Source: Desulfurococcaceae archaeon (GTDB lineage: Archaea > Thermoproteota > Thermoprotei_A > Sulfolobales > Desulfurococcaceae). Taken from it: 64,000 nucleotides of DNA. The stretch is taken from contig JAWBBW010000004.1 in assembly GCA_038824035.1 (NCBI GenBank), forward strand, positions 1-64,000, given 5' to 3'. Of the stretch, positions 40,447 through 49,893 are shown one piece after another. How positions within the stretch are numbered: the first letter of the stretch is position 1; each line of letters opens with the position of its first letter. The position numbers and the translations under genes are program-made. Below the pieces are notes generated by a model. The model did no database searches. It was not told the DNA's origin and saw only the letters and a program-made list of their open reading frames with translations.

Positions 40447-41304
40447 GTGTCACCCATGTACGAGGGCATATATCTCGTAGAACCAGCTGGAGGAGGGCTG
40501 AAGCTGCTGTTCAAAATAATCAAGGTATATGCCACGGAGAAATCGCCTTACCAAGAAATAGTGTTAGCCGAGCTCGAGGGTTTTGGAAAAGCACTTATAA
40601 TAGATAATTTCATACAGAGCGCTGAGAAAGATGAATATATATACCATGAGTTATTAGTTCATCCAGCTATGGCTACTCATCCAAGTCCTGAAAATGTCCT
40701 GATAATAGGAGGTGGCGAAGGCGCGACACTGAGAGAAGTGTTGAAACATAGCTGTGTGAAAGAGGCCGTGATGGTTGATATAGACCCCATAGTGGTCGAG
40801 TTTTCGAAGAAATACCTTGAATACATGCACCAGGGCAGTTTCTATGATCCAAGGGCAAAAGTCTTGATCATGGATGGCAAGGAATATGTCGAGAAGGCGC
40901 CATCTAATTACTTTGACGTGGTTATAATGGATCTAACGGACCCCTATGCAGGCGAGGTTGCAAAGCCTCTATATAGTGAAGGGTTCTTCAGGGAATTGAA
41001 AAGGATTTTAAAACCAAATGGTGTATTGGCAACACAAGCTGGAAGTAGCTATTTCTACAGGAACGAATACATATATGTAAGGGATAACTTGAGAAAAGTG
41101 TTTAAAAACACCGTAGAATATTGGTTCTGGATACCTAGTTTCGGGTTAAACGTGAATTTCATAATTGCCTCAGATCTTTATGACCCCGCTAAGACATCGA
41201 AGATCATGGATGAGATCTTGCGTAAAAGGGGCGTTAAAACCAGGTTCATCAATGGGGGTATCTTAGAGGGCTTGATCAACATAGGGGTTTTGTATCCAAG
41301 TTGA
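40447..41304 (+). CDS. speE: Polyamine aminopropyltransferase (spermidine synthase family)
   Basis: SPYQEI, DEYIYHE.LVHPA, IIGGGEGATLRE, VDID, DVVIMDLTDP. Confidence 0.95.
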   Translation: MSPMYEGIYLVEPAGGGLKLLFKIIKVYATEKSPYQEIVLAELEGFGKALIIDNFIQSAEKDEYIYHELLVHPAMATHPSPENVLIIGGGEGATLREVLKHSCVKEAVMVDIDPIVVEFSKKYLEYMHQGSFYDPRAKVLIMDGKEYVEKAPSNYFDVVIMDLTDPYAGEVAKPLYSEGFFRELKRILKPNGVLATQAGSSYFYRNEYIYVRDNLRKVFKNTVEYWFWIPSFGLNVNFIIASDLYDPAKTSKIMDEILRKRGVKTRFINGGILEGLINIGVLYPS

Positions 41305-41310
41305 TTTTTT
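41305..41310 (+). terminator. Oligo-T archaeal terminator candidate after speE
   Basis: A TTTTTT run immediately follows the speE stop, at the end of the gcvT-glyA-gcvH-deoC-speE run. Confidence 0.45.
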
Positions 41311-41433
41311 GATTAATCATGAAATTGAGGAAAAATGTTTTAGCGAAAACGACAACCATGAACAATGCTCAAGTCCATGCGATCATTTGAACGCATTAAC
41401 TGAGATCACATCGATATTATGAAGAACCATATG

Positions 41434-42075
41434 TTATTTCCTAAGCCTGCTTTTGAATAATTCCATTTGTAATTTGAGGGACTCTTCGGGGATTAAATAG
41501 GGCTTGCCAATCAATTTGCTTAATATATATACCTGGGCAGCCCTCTCCACTAACACGAGGATCTCTAGTGCCTCCTCCAAATTTTTACCACAAGCAACCA
41601 CTCCATGATTAGCTAATAGGGCTGCTTTACGGCCTTCAAGCGCCTTGACAACGTTCTCTGCTAGTTCTTTACTACCGAAATGAGCATAGTCTGCCACCCT
41701 TACCTCGCCTCCCACGTATATCACTATCTCCTCTATGACAGGTGGTAAAGGCTCTCTCACGGCTGCTAATGCCGTTGCATATATGGTGTGTGCGTGTATC
41801 ACGGCATTTATATAATCATATGCTTTATATATACTTGTATGTAATGGGTATTCAACCGTGGGTGGGAGCGTGCCCTCGATTACCTTGCCATCCAATGTCA
41901 TTACGATTATATCCTCTGGCCTTAACTTAGCCTTGTGTAAACCACTAGGGGTCATTAAGACATGCCCTGTTTCCCTGACATATACGCTTACATTTCCAGA
42001 TCTGCCGTAGTTTAGCCATCGCTCTTCTAAGTAACTCATTACATCCGCCATAGCTGTCTTTATCTCCTCGTACAT
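41434..42075 (-). CDS. Class II aldolase (FucA/RhaD/MtnB family)
   Basis: SGNVS, TPSG, P.VE..LH..IY, AVIHAH, LANHGV. Confidence 0.93.
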   Translation of the reverse strand: MYEEIKTAMADVMSYLEERWLNYGRSGNVSVYVRETGHVLMTPSGLHKAKLRPEDIIVMTLDGKVIEGTLPPTVEYPLHTSIYKAYDYINAVIHAHTIYATALAAVREPLPPVIEEIVIYVGGEVRVADYAHFGSKELAENVVKALEGRKAALLANHGVVACGKNLEEALEILVLVERAAQVYILSKLIGKPYLIPEESLKLQMELFKSRLRK

Positions 42076-42148
42076 GTGGGTCCCTGGATAATAGTTATAT
42101 AATCATGATTAATTAAGGTGTTTCATAGCAGTGTCCAATTCATTGATA

Positions 42149-43507
42149 CTAGCTTATTCGCTTTCTCTTGACTATTAATACACCGTCATCGCGTATATCG
42201 ATTACGACAACGTATTCATCGGCTTGTATGTTCTCATCTGAAATAGCTCTCCAATACTCACCCTCCACTTTGATGAAACCTATCTTACCTGGTTCAAGGC
42301 TTTCCACGGCTCTACCTATTTTACCGACAGGAGTGTATTGAATTGGTTTCTTGCGTTTCACTTCAACCACTTTGTAAATTGCAAGCCCAAATACTGAACC
42401 AAGAATTAGCGCTGTCCCTATTATAAATACCCTCAACGCCATGATGTACTCCCCTGGCGGTAAAGCCCCCGTGGGTATGTATACAGGCAATAGCGCCAGG
42501 CCCAGTGTAAGCAAAACCACACCGCTTATCCCTACAATACCGAAACCCGGTAACACGAATAGCTCTATAGCCAATAAGATCGCCCCTAACAATACGAGAA
42601 ATGTCGACACCATGTTTGGGTTTATACCAGTTCCGATCAAGCCTAGCAAGATCATAGCTATGCTTATAGGCAAAACAACCAGTCTACCAGACACAAGGGC
42701 AAATATTGTGGCTAAAACCCCTATTGACAGCAATACATTGGCCAGGTATGAATTGGAGAGAATAGATAAAAACCTGGAACGCAGACTACATGAAAACTCC
42801 TGGATATCCCTGCGATTTATACTCAGTTTTATCGTTATCCCAGATACATTTAATTCCAAGTCACGTAATTTCTCAATTAATTCGTCCAAATCCTCCACCT
42901 CTATATCACCGATGTTCTGATCCACTGCTGTCCTCGAATTCACTACCTTGGAGCGAAGTATGAACTCCTCGATCAACGATATATTTCTGCCTCTCTTATT
43001 CGCGTAGACCCTGGCCTTCTCTATTATGGGATTTATGACCTTTGACTCATTGAGGAACACTATTTCCCCTGTAGCTGGGTTAACCATGACTGGTTGCATA
43101 GCACCTATTATCGAGTTTTTCTGCAAAGCTATGAAATCCGCTGGGAGTATTATCAATGTCCCGGCACTCAGGGCTTTATTCTCCACGTAGGCTATTACTG
43201 GCACCTTGGCGTATAATATGGAATCACCTATTCCAAAAGCCGAATCCAAATACCCGCCATAGGAGTTAACTCTATATATAAGCACTGCGTTTATTCCCTC
43301 AGCATATCTAAGCGCGTCTATAAAACACTCTTTAACGCCCTCGTCAATGGTATCCCATGGCGGGGTTATATCTATTAAAACAGCCCTAGTGAAAAACAAT
43401 GGGGTCTCGCTCTGACCGCTCATCTCTAGATAATATACCGGCATAATCACGAATAGGATCAATATGGATAGTGATAAAACCCTGGTGAAAGCGATGAGTT
43501 TCAACAA
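42149..43507 (-). CDS. NfeD-family membrane-bound serine protease (stomatin operon partner)
   Basis: ClpP-like domain (NSYGG, ALSAGT, IGAMQP), TM bundle with ELFVLPGFG, C-terminal OB domain GFIKVEGEYWRA. Confidence 0.93.
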   Translation of the reverse strand: MLKLIAFTRVLSLSILILFVIMPVYYLEMSGQSETPLFFTRAVLIDITPPWDTIDEGVKECFIDALRYAEGINAVLIYRVNSYGGYLDSAFGIGDSILYAKVPVIAYVENKALSAGTLIILPADFIALQKNSIIGAMQPVMVNPATGEIVFLNESKVINPIIEKARVYANKRGRNISLIEEFILRSKVVNSRTAVDQNIGDIEVEDLDELIEKLRDLELNVSGITIKLSINRRDIQEFSCSLRSRFLSILSNSYLANVLLSIGVLATIFALVSGRLVVLPISIAMILLGLIGTGINPNMVSTFLVLLGAILLAIELFVLPGFGIVGISGVVLLTLGLALLPVYIPTGALPPGEYIMALRVFIIGTALILGSVFGLAIYKVVEVKRKKPIQYTPVGKIGRAVESLEPGKIGFIKVEGEYWRAISDENIQADEYVVVIDIRDDGVLIVKRKRIS

Positions 43508-43512
43508 GCAAC

Positions 43513-44307
43513 TCAGCCTTGTCCAGTTCTTTTCTCATGCTCCTTAATAGCCCTGTATACCCCTATCATGCCTCCAAGTGCCGGAGAAGAAGTCTCTGTG
43601 ACCACTACGAGGGATTTCTCCCTGGCAATCTCTATGAGTGTCTGTAACTCCCTCAGCCTCATCGCAGTCGGGTGTTCTTCGTATATTCTAGCAGCATCTG
43701 CCAATATCAATGAGGCCTGTCTCTCGCCCTCCGCCTCTATTATCCTAGCCCTTCTCCACCTTTCGGCCTCAGCTTGCTTAGCCATAGCCCTTGTCAGCTC
43801 TTCTGGTAATTCAACGGACTTGATTGTCACAGCAACTATTTTAATGCCCCATGGCAATGTCATCTCATCCAATATCCCCGAGATCTTTTTATTCAACTCC
43901 TCTCGTTTCTGCAATAAGTCATCCAAGTCCACTTGGCCAAGGACATCTCTCAGGACTGTTTGACCCAGCATGCTCACAGAGTAATGGTAATTCGCCACCT
44001 TTGTGATCGCCGATATGGGATCAACTACGCGGTAATATATCACTGCATCCACTTTAACACTGACATTATCTCTTGTGATGACTTCTTGTTTAGGCACATC
44101 GACCGTCACTATTCTCAGGTCCACTTTTGCTATAGTATCGAAGAACGGTATGATGATTATTAAGCCAGGCCCTTTAGCCTCTTTCAATCTACCTAGTCTG
44201 AACACCACTGCTCTCTCATATTCCTTTATTATCTTTATGGCTGAAGTTAATAACGGTATGCCTATGAATAGTATTAGCAATACTACTATCAACACTGTTA
44301 GGAGCAT
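43513..44307 (-). CDS. SPFH/stomatin-like (slipin) protein
   Basis: EYERAVVFRLG, KGPGL, ITRDNVSVKVDAV, QTVLR, AKQAEAER, LRELQTL. Confidence 0.96.
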   Translation of the reverse strand: MLLTVLIVVLLILFIGIPLLTSAIKIIKEYERAVVFRLGRLKEAKGPGLIIIIPFFDTIAKVDLRIVTVDVPKQEVITRDNVSVKVDAVIYYRVVDPISAITKVANYHYSVSMLGQTVLRDVLGQVDLDDLLQKREELNKKISGILDEMTLPWGIKIVAVTIKSVELPEELTRAMAKQAEAERWRRARIIEAEGERQASLILADAARIYEEHPTAMRLRELQTLIEIAREKSLVVVTETSSPALGGMIGVYRAIKEHEKRTGQG

Positions 44308-44513
44308 TTATAACCCACCCATGTGTCATATGAGTAAACAGCATTATAAATGATTAATCTATAACATAGCCAATATAGTCCCGAGACGCCACTAGGCCAT
44401 TAATGGTTAACGGGGTAGCCATGGAAAAATAGCGTGTTAACCATGTTGTTTGAAAAAATTAATGTATTAATGTATTTCGACATAGTAGTACTTGCCTAAA
44501 GAGGTAGGCCTGA

Positions 44514-45485
44514 TTGGTGAATAAATCTATTGATGCATTAATCGTAGGCGGTTTTGTGGTCGACAACATATTAGTGATAGAAAACATGCCGATCCCAGGG
44601 AAATGCCTATATGCACGTGATTTCAAAGTGCTGGTGGGTGGTTCAGCGAATTTTGCCATCACGGCTAGTAGGCTTGGGCTGAAAACTGCCTTGCTAGATG
44701 CCGTTGGACTCGATGACACGGGTAAAATGGCATTGAATATTCTCAGAGAGGAGAATGTCGATGTCTCGTTCACGATATCTAGGAATGGGTTAACGAAGCG
44801 GGTGCTTCTATTAATTACTATTAAAGGGGAGAGATCTTTTATAAACCTAGTGAGGGGATCCGCCACTATATCACCCAATGACGTGGATGAAGAAGTGATC
44901 AAGAGAAGTAAGAGCATATATGTCACAGGGTTTAGCCTTGGAATAGACGAGATTGCCTCATCAGAGGGCGAGGCCGTGTTAAAGGCTATTGAAACAGCGA
45001 ATAAGCATGGCAAAATAGTCTTCTTCGACCCAGGCCCATTTGTGGGATCCATCGATCCTAAAACCCTGGATAAGGTTCTCGAGAGAACAGATATATTGTC
45101 CATGAACCTGCAGGAGGCAGTCATACTGGCCGGCGAGGATAGGCCAGAAGACATAGTAACTAGGTTACATGGAAAAGGACCTTGGGTCATTGCCGTGAAA
45201 ATGGGCGAAAACGGGTGTTTTCTCTTAGTTAAGGGGAAATATTATAGACAACCAAGTATAAAAGTCCCAGTTATAGATACCACAGGTGCTGGCGACGCAT
45301 TTAACGCCGCTCTCCTATATGGCTTTCTCAGAGGGCTGAGCCCTTACATGGTGATTAAGTTAGCTAATATAGTGGGGGCGCTTGCCGCTACTAAGCTAGG
45401 GGCAGGGCAGAACCTTCCAAGAAAACAAGAGATCGTTAGTTTCCTGGAGAAATTGAATGAGGGTGAATTGCTAAGGACCCTTTAA
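44514..45485 (+). CDS. PfkB/ribokinase-family carbohydrate kinase
   Basis: GGSANFAI..SRLG, AVGLD, FDPG, N..EA, K.G..G, DTTGAGDAF. Confidence 0.95.
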   Translation: MVNKSIDALIVGGFVVDNILVIENMPIPGKCLYARDFKVLVGGSANFAITASRLGLKTALLDAVGLDDTGKMALNILREENVDVSFTISRNGLTKRVLLLITIKGERSFINLVRGSATISPNDVDEEVIKRSKSIYVTGFSLGIDEIASSEGEAVLKAIETANKHGKIVFFDPGPFVGSIDPKTLDKVLERTDILSMNLQEAVILAGEDRPEDIVTRLHGKGPWVIAVKMGENGCFLLVKGKYYRQPSIKVPVIDTTGAGDAFNAALLYGFLRGLSPYMVIKLANIVGALAATKLGAGQNLPRKQEIVSFLEKLNEGELLRTL

Positions 45486-45547
45486 CTAAGTGAACCGGAT
45501 ATACAATGTTTATTATTTAATCCATAGAATATTTACTAGGTGATGAG

Positions 45548-46045
45548 TTGGGTAAACAATGGATATTAATAGATTACTCGAAATGCAGTGGTTGTAGGCT
45601 ATGCATGGTAATGTGTTCTCTGAGAAACGAGGGATTGATATGGCCTAGTGCATCCAGGATCCAGGTGTACGAACCCTATCCTGGTGCACCTGTCCCAGTT
45701 ATATGTGTACAGTGTGATGATTATCCATGTGTTAATAATTGCCCTTATAGAGCTTTAAGTGTAAACGAATCCACGGGTGCTGTGAATGTAGATCCAAACA
45801 AGTGCACACTGTGTGGTATATGTAAGAGCGTGTGCCCAGCTGGGATTCCAAGGATACTTCCTGGCAAAAGCCATGTGATAATATGTGATCTATGTGGTGG
45901 ACAACCAGAGTGCGTTAAAATATGTAATGAACTTGGATATGGGGCTTTGAAATTCGTTGAAAAACCAGATAATGGAGTTGTCAAGACATACCTAGTCAAT
46001 CCATATGACTTATCCAGGATCATCTTTCAAAAATATACATCATAG
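45548..46045 (+). CDS. Multi-[4Fe-4S] ferredoxin-like small subunit (DmsB/WOR-S type)
   Basis: CSGCRLCMVMC, CVQC...PC...C, CTLCGICKSVC, CDLC....EC...C (16 Cys in four groups). Confidence 0.93.
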   Translation: MGKQWILIDYSKCSGCRLCMVMCSLRNEGLIWPSASRIQVYEPYPGAPVPVICVQCDDYPCVNNCPYRALSVNESTGAVNVDPNKCTLCGICKSVCPAGIPRILPGKSHVIICDLCGGQPECVKICNELGYGALKFVEKPDNGVVKTYLVNPYDLSRIIFQKYTS

Positions 46046-46054
46046 GTGAGTTAA

Positions 46055-47890
46055 ATGTATGGTGTGAATGGCAAGATCTTGGAAGTGGAATTGGATAATG
46101 GCAAATACAAAGTAATAGACGTGGATGAGAAAATCTATAAAATGTTCATAGGAGGAAGGGGCTTGGCCACTTATTATCTGGCTAAAAACTATGGAGAGAT
46201 CTGGAAACACCTGGACCCCTTTTCACCGAGCAATCCATTAATCATATCAACCGGCCCTCTCACGGGCTTTTACCCTGGACTCAAGCTTTCCATTACTGGT
46301 AAATCACCTCAATCACATGGAGTAATTGGATCAACCGTTTCCAGCGAGATCGCAATAGAGTTGAAGGCGGCTGGGTATGACGCATTGATTATAAAGGGCG
46401 CGTGTCATAGGCCATCATACCTCTATGTGGAAGATGGCAAAGTCGAGGTTAGAGAGGCCGATGAGCTGTGGGGTTTAACTGGGTTAAAGTTGATCGAGAA
46501 ATTCTCGGAGATTGCTAGGAGAGAACATGGATTGGAAACCCCTCCGGGTTTGCTCTACATTGGCCCTGCTGGCGAGAACGTTGTGAGGACAGCTACAGTA
46601 ATGGCTAAGTTGACGCATGCTGCCGGCTACGGGGGGTATGGCTCCTTAATGGGGGCCAAGAAATTGAAAGCCATAGCTGTCAAGGGATATGGGCCTTTTC
46701 CCAAAGCATTTGACCCCGCCAGGCTACGTGATATCCTGTACAAGACCCTGAACACTATATATGGTAAAATGAAAAGGTTTAGACAATGGGGTACAACTGA
46801 GGGCTTATGGCACTTTGGATACCACACGAGCAGTATACCGATCAGGAATTGGCAGGAGGAATGGCATGATAACATGGAGTTATCGCCATTACAATTTGAG
46901 GCAAGGACCTGGATCAAGAATCCATGGTCGGAATATGCTTGCCCCGTTGGCTGTATGAAACTGAGCAAAATAAAAACCGGGGACAAAGTGTACATTACGG
47001 ATGGGCCAGATTACGAAATGGGGGCTTATCTAGGCCCTAATCTAGGTGTCTTTAAACCCGAGGATATCGTTAAGCTAACTAGTTTAATGGACGAATTAGG
47101 ATTGTGCGGCATTCAGACAGGCAATGTGATTGGCTTTGCCATAGAGCTATATGAGAAAGGGGTTTTAAGCAAAGATGATATAGGTTACGAGCTTAAATGG
47201 GGGGATGTGAAGTCCATAGAGAGGCTCATATACGACATAGCATATAGGAGAGGTATAGGCAATATACTGGCAGAAGGGATCTATCGTGCATGCAGAGAAA
47301 TATCGCGCTTAAAGGATGTCGATGCATGTAAATATGCTGTTCATGTAAAGGGCATAGGCATTGGGGCTCATGGAATAAGGAGTGGAAAAGATTATCCACA
47401 GCCAATATCTTATGCGGCCTCTGTTCAGGGAGGCGATCACACGAGTGTGGCCGGGCTACCAGTCAAATCAACTGAATCCGAGGCATGGGCAGCTTTCATG
47501 GACAGTGCTGTTGTCTGCATGTTCTTGGCACAAGAGGATGACTATATGTTGGAGTACCTTAACACCGTCACAGGCTGGGGATTCACCAAGGATGATCTAT
47601 ACAATGCTGGTATAAGGATATTGACATTACAGAGAATACTATTGTTGATCGGAGGTCCTGACTTGAAATGGGATCCAATTATACATGATGAAAACCCGGA
47701 AAAGTTCTATGAACCATTGCCGAAAGGGCCGTTTAAGGGCTCGGCCGTTGATAAAACAAAGATGATTGAACAAAAGAAGCAATATTACAGTGAACTGGGA
47801 TGGGATGAACGAGGTATTCCATTGCCAGAGACCATGGATAAACTCGGCATAGGTGAGTTCAAACACTTGATCGAAAAAATAGTGAACTAG
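46055..47890 (+). CDS. Tungsten-dependent aldehyde:ferredoxin oxidoreductase family (WOR) large subunit
   Basis: FIGGRGL, GPLTG, KSP, LK.AGYD, IGPAGE, G.G..MG.K.LKAI, GPDYE, RRGIG..LAEG, YY...GWDE.GIP. Confidence 0.95.
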   Translation: MYGVNGKILEVELDNGKYKVIDVDEKIYKMFIGGRGLATYYLAKNYGEIWKHLDPFSPSNPLIISTGPLTGFYPGLKLSITGKSPQSHGVIGSTVSSEIAIELKAAGYDALIIKGACHRPSYLYVEDGKVEVREADELWGLTGLKLIEKFSEIARREHGLETPPGLLYIGPAGENVVRTATVMAKLTHAAGYGGYGSLMGAKKLKAIAVKGYGPFPKAFDPARLRDILYKTLNTIYGKMKRFRQWGTTEGLWHFGYHTSSIPIRNWQEEWHDNMELSPLQFEARTWIKNPWSEYACPVGCMKLSKIKTGDKVYITDGPDYEMGAYLGPNLGVFKPEDIVKLTSLMDELGLCGIQTGNVIGFAIELYEKGVLSKDDIGYELKWGDVKSIERLIYDIAYRRGIGNILAEGIYRACREISRLKDVDACKYAVHVKGIGIGAHGIRSGKDYPQPISYAASVQGGDHTSVAGLPVKSTESEAWAAFMDSAVVCMFLAQEDDYMLEYLNTVTGWGFTKDDLYNAGIRILTLQRILLLIGGPDLKWDPIIHDENPEKFYEPLPKGPFKGSAVDKTKMIEQKKQYYSELGWDERGIPLPETMDKLGIGEFKHLIEKIVN

Positions 47891-47897
47891 GTTGTTT

Positions 47898-48185
47898 TTA
47901 CTGAGCTTTCTCATTTCCATTTAATTCCACTATCTCCCATATAACAATTCCATTGGGATCTGGACATTGAACAAGTCTTACCTTGGGTAACCAATCGTTC
48001 TCCTCCACAATGTTTCTCTGCTTAGCCGGAATCAATGGCAACAAGCTCGCTAATGCATATATGCACACGTGTTTATTTCTCCCGGGGAAACTCAGTTTAC
48101 CGCCATCTACTCTAAAACAATCCCCAACAACATGGTTATCGCATTTGCCCTTGATCTCCTTAACTTTGATCAAGAGTGACCTCAC
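47898..48185 (-). CDS. TIGR04076-like small Cys protein
   Basis: V.EIKG.C....VGD.F, C..AL.SL.P, QCPDP. GAGGTG RBS upstream. Confidence 0.8.
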   Translation of the reverse strand: MRSLLIKVKEIKGKCDNHVVGDCFRVDGGKLSFPGRNKHVCIYALASLLPLIPAKQRNIVEENDWLPKVRLVQCPDPNGIVIWEIVELNGNEKAQ

Positions 48186-48381
48186 TCAAAACACCTCGAT
48201 CCAATTATTTAACATGAAATCATTAAAGTGAAGCAATTAATATTAAGGTTACTTTATCTCGCCTTTAACTCATAACAACATAATTTATTCATGAACACTA
48301 TCTCCTTGTTGCATGGAAAACGAAAAGCCTGACTTTATAGGCAGGTTTCATCAAATTCTATGCCCATGGTTGGAAATCTAT

Positions 48382-49101
48382 TTAACCCCTATATTTCCCT
48401 GTGAAAAACAGTTTTTCAATCATATCTGGAGAGGCCTCGTTCTTTGTATATGTTCCCACAATTTCCCCGCCAACGATCACGTATACCCTATCAGCGATTT
48501 CAAGGGCTTTCTTGATATTTTGTTCTGCAAATAACACACTTGTCCTCCTTGTCCTACTGATTTCAACGATCTTTTTAAACAATCCCGAGACCGCTTTAGG
48601 TGCTAGGCCACTTGTCGGCTCATCCAGGAGTAGCAAGCTTGGATTACCCATGAGTGCTCTAGCTATGGCGAGCATTTGTCTTTCACCACCACTAAGGGTT
48701 TTCGCTCTTTGTTTAAGACATCTCCTCAATTCGGGGAATAATTCCAATATTTCATTTATTACATTGTTATATATCTCCTTACGATCACGTTTAACATAAC
48801 AACCTAATAATAAGTTCTCCTCGACAGTTAGATTAGGAAAAACATTGTCATTCTGTGGAACTAGTTGTATACCTAGTTTCACTATTTCATAGGGCTTGAG
48901 GTGATTAAGCACTATATCACCGAATTTCACTACTCCGTGGAAAATACTAGTCAAGTTCAACACTGTGTTTAAAAGCGTGGATTTTCCAGCACCATTAGGC
49001 CCGAGGATCGCCACGATCTCTCCTTTATTCACATCTATGTTTATGTTCCTTATCACTGGTATTCTATTATATCCAGCTATCAATTCCCGGATAATTAACA
49101 A
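48382..49101 (-). CDS. livF: Liv-type ABC transporter ATPase (LivF-like)
   Basis: GPNGAGKST, TVEENL, LSGGERQMLA, LLLDEP..GLAP, EQN. Confidence 0.93.
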   Translation of the reverse strand: MLIIRELIAGYNRIPVIRNINIDVNKGEIVAILGPNGAGKSTLLNTVLNLTSIFHGVVKFGDIVLNHLKPYEIVKLGIQLVPQNDNVFPNLTVEENLLLGCYVKRDRKEIYNNVINEILELFPELRRCLKQRAKTLSGGERQMLAIARALMGNPSLLLLDEPTSGLAPKAVSGLFKKIVEISRTRRTSVLFAEQNIKKALEIADRVYVIVGGEIVGTYTKNEASPDMIEKLFFTGKYRG

Positions 49102-49104
49102 CCC

Positions 49105-49884
49105 TCATTCACCTATGTATGCCCTCACGACTTTAAAGTCATTGATGATTTCACTAGGAGTGCCCGATGCCAGTAAAAAACCGTTATGCAGGACATATAC
49201 AAAATCCGCGATCTCCATTAAAAGATCTATGCGATGCTCCACTATGAGGAATGTGAGGCCATGGTTTTTGTTTAATTCCCTTATTAGCCTAAGCAAGGAT
49301 CGTGCAACGTGGAGATCCAGACCTGCCAAGGGCTCGTCGAGAAGATAGAGACGGGCAGGGGTCATAAGTCCCCTAAGTGTCTCAATGAGCTTAATATCAC
49401 CTATTGAGAGCTCAGAGGGGTATTTGGAAGCTATATCAAGCCTATTAAACGTCTTCAATAGGTTTACGGCCCTGTGGACTAGTTCCTCCTCTTCTCTAAG
49501 CCATTTACTTCTTCTAAGAGAGTTAACAACGCTCTCACCTCGCTGGTTTAATGGCGTTATTAACAGGTTTTCAAGGACCGTTAGACTTGGGAAAAGCCGT
49601 GGTATTTGAAAAGTCCTAATTACTCCCATTTTAAATACCTCATGAGGGTTTAGACCAGTGATGTCCACGAAATTGCCACTAAGTGTTTTATACATGATTT
49701 TACCCTCGTCTGGTGGATAAAAACCAGTTATTACGTTGAATAAAGTGGTTTTACCGGAACCATTAGGTCCTATTAACCCAACAATGCATTTCTCCGGGAT
49801 CTCGATGGTCACTTTGTTCAATGCCTTTAATCCTCCAAAATACTTGGAAACATTGTTAATCACTAGTATTGCCTCCTCTTCCAT
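49105..49884 (-). CDS. livG: Liv-type ABC transporter ATPase (LivG-like)
   Basis: FGGLKAL, GPNGSGKTT, RTFQ, LLDEP.AG, VEH, V..AYIG. Confidence 0.93.
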   Translation of the reverse strand: MEEEAILVINNVSKYFGGLKALNKVTIEIPEKCIVGLIGPNGSGKTTLFNVITGFYPPDEGKIMYKTLSGNFVDITGLNPHEVFKMGVIRTFQIPRLFPSLTVLENLLITPLNQRGESVVNSLRRSKWLREEEELVHRAVNLLKTFNRLDIASKYPSELSIGDIKLIETLRGLMTPARLYLLDEPLAGLDLHVARSLLRLIRELNKNHGLTFLIVEHRIDLLMEIADFVYVLHNGFLLASGTPSEIINDFKVVRAYIGE

Positions 49885-49893
49885 TCACCTCAC

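Noticed and set aside
44459-45190. 243-aa antisense ORF, and the many other short antisense or out-of-frame ORFs in the track
   Set aside because: They are shadows of well-supported genes on the opposite strand or frame, with no recognisable motifs.
48322-48348. Weak hairpin between livF and the TIGR04076-like gene
   Set aside because: The stem is short and imperfect and cannot be distinguished from chance.
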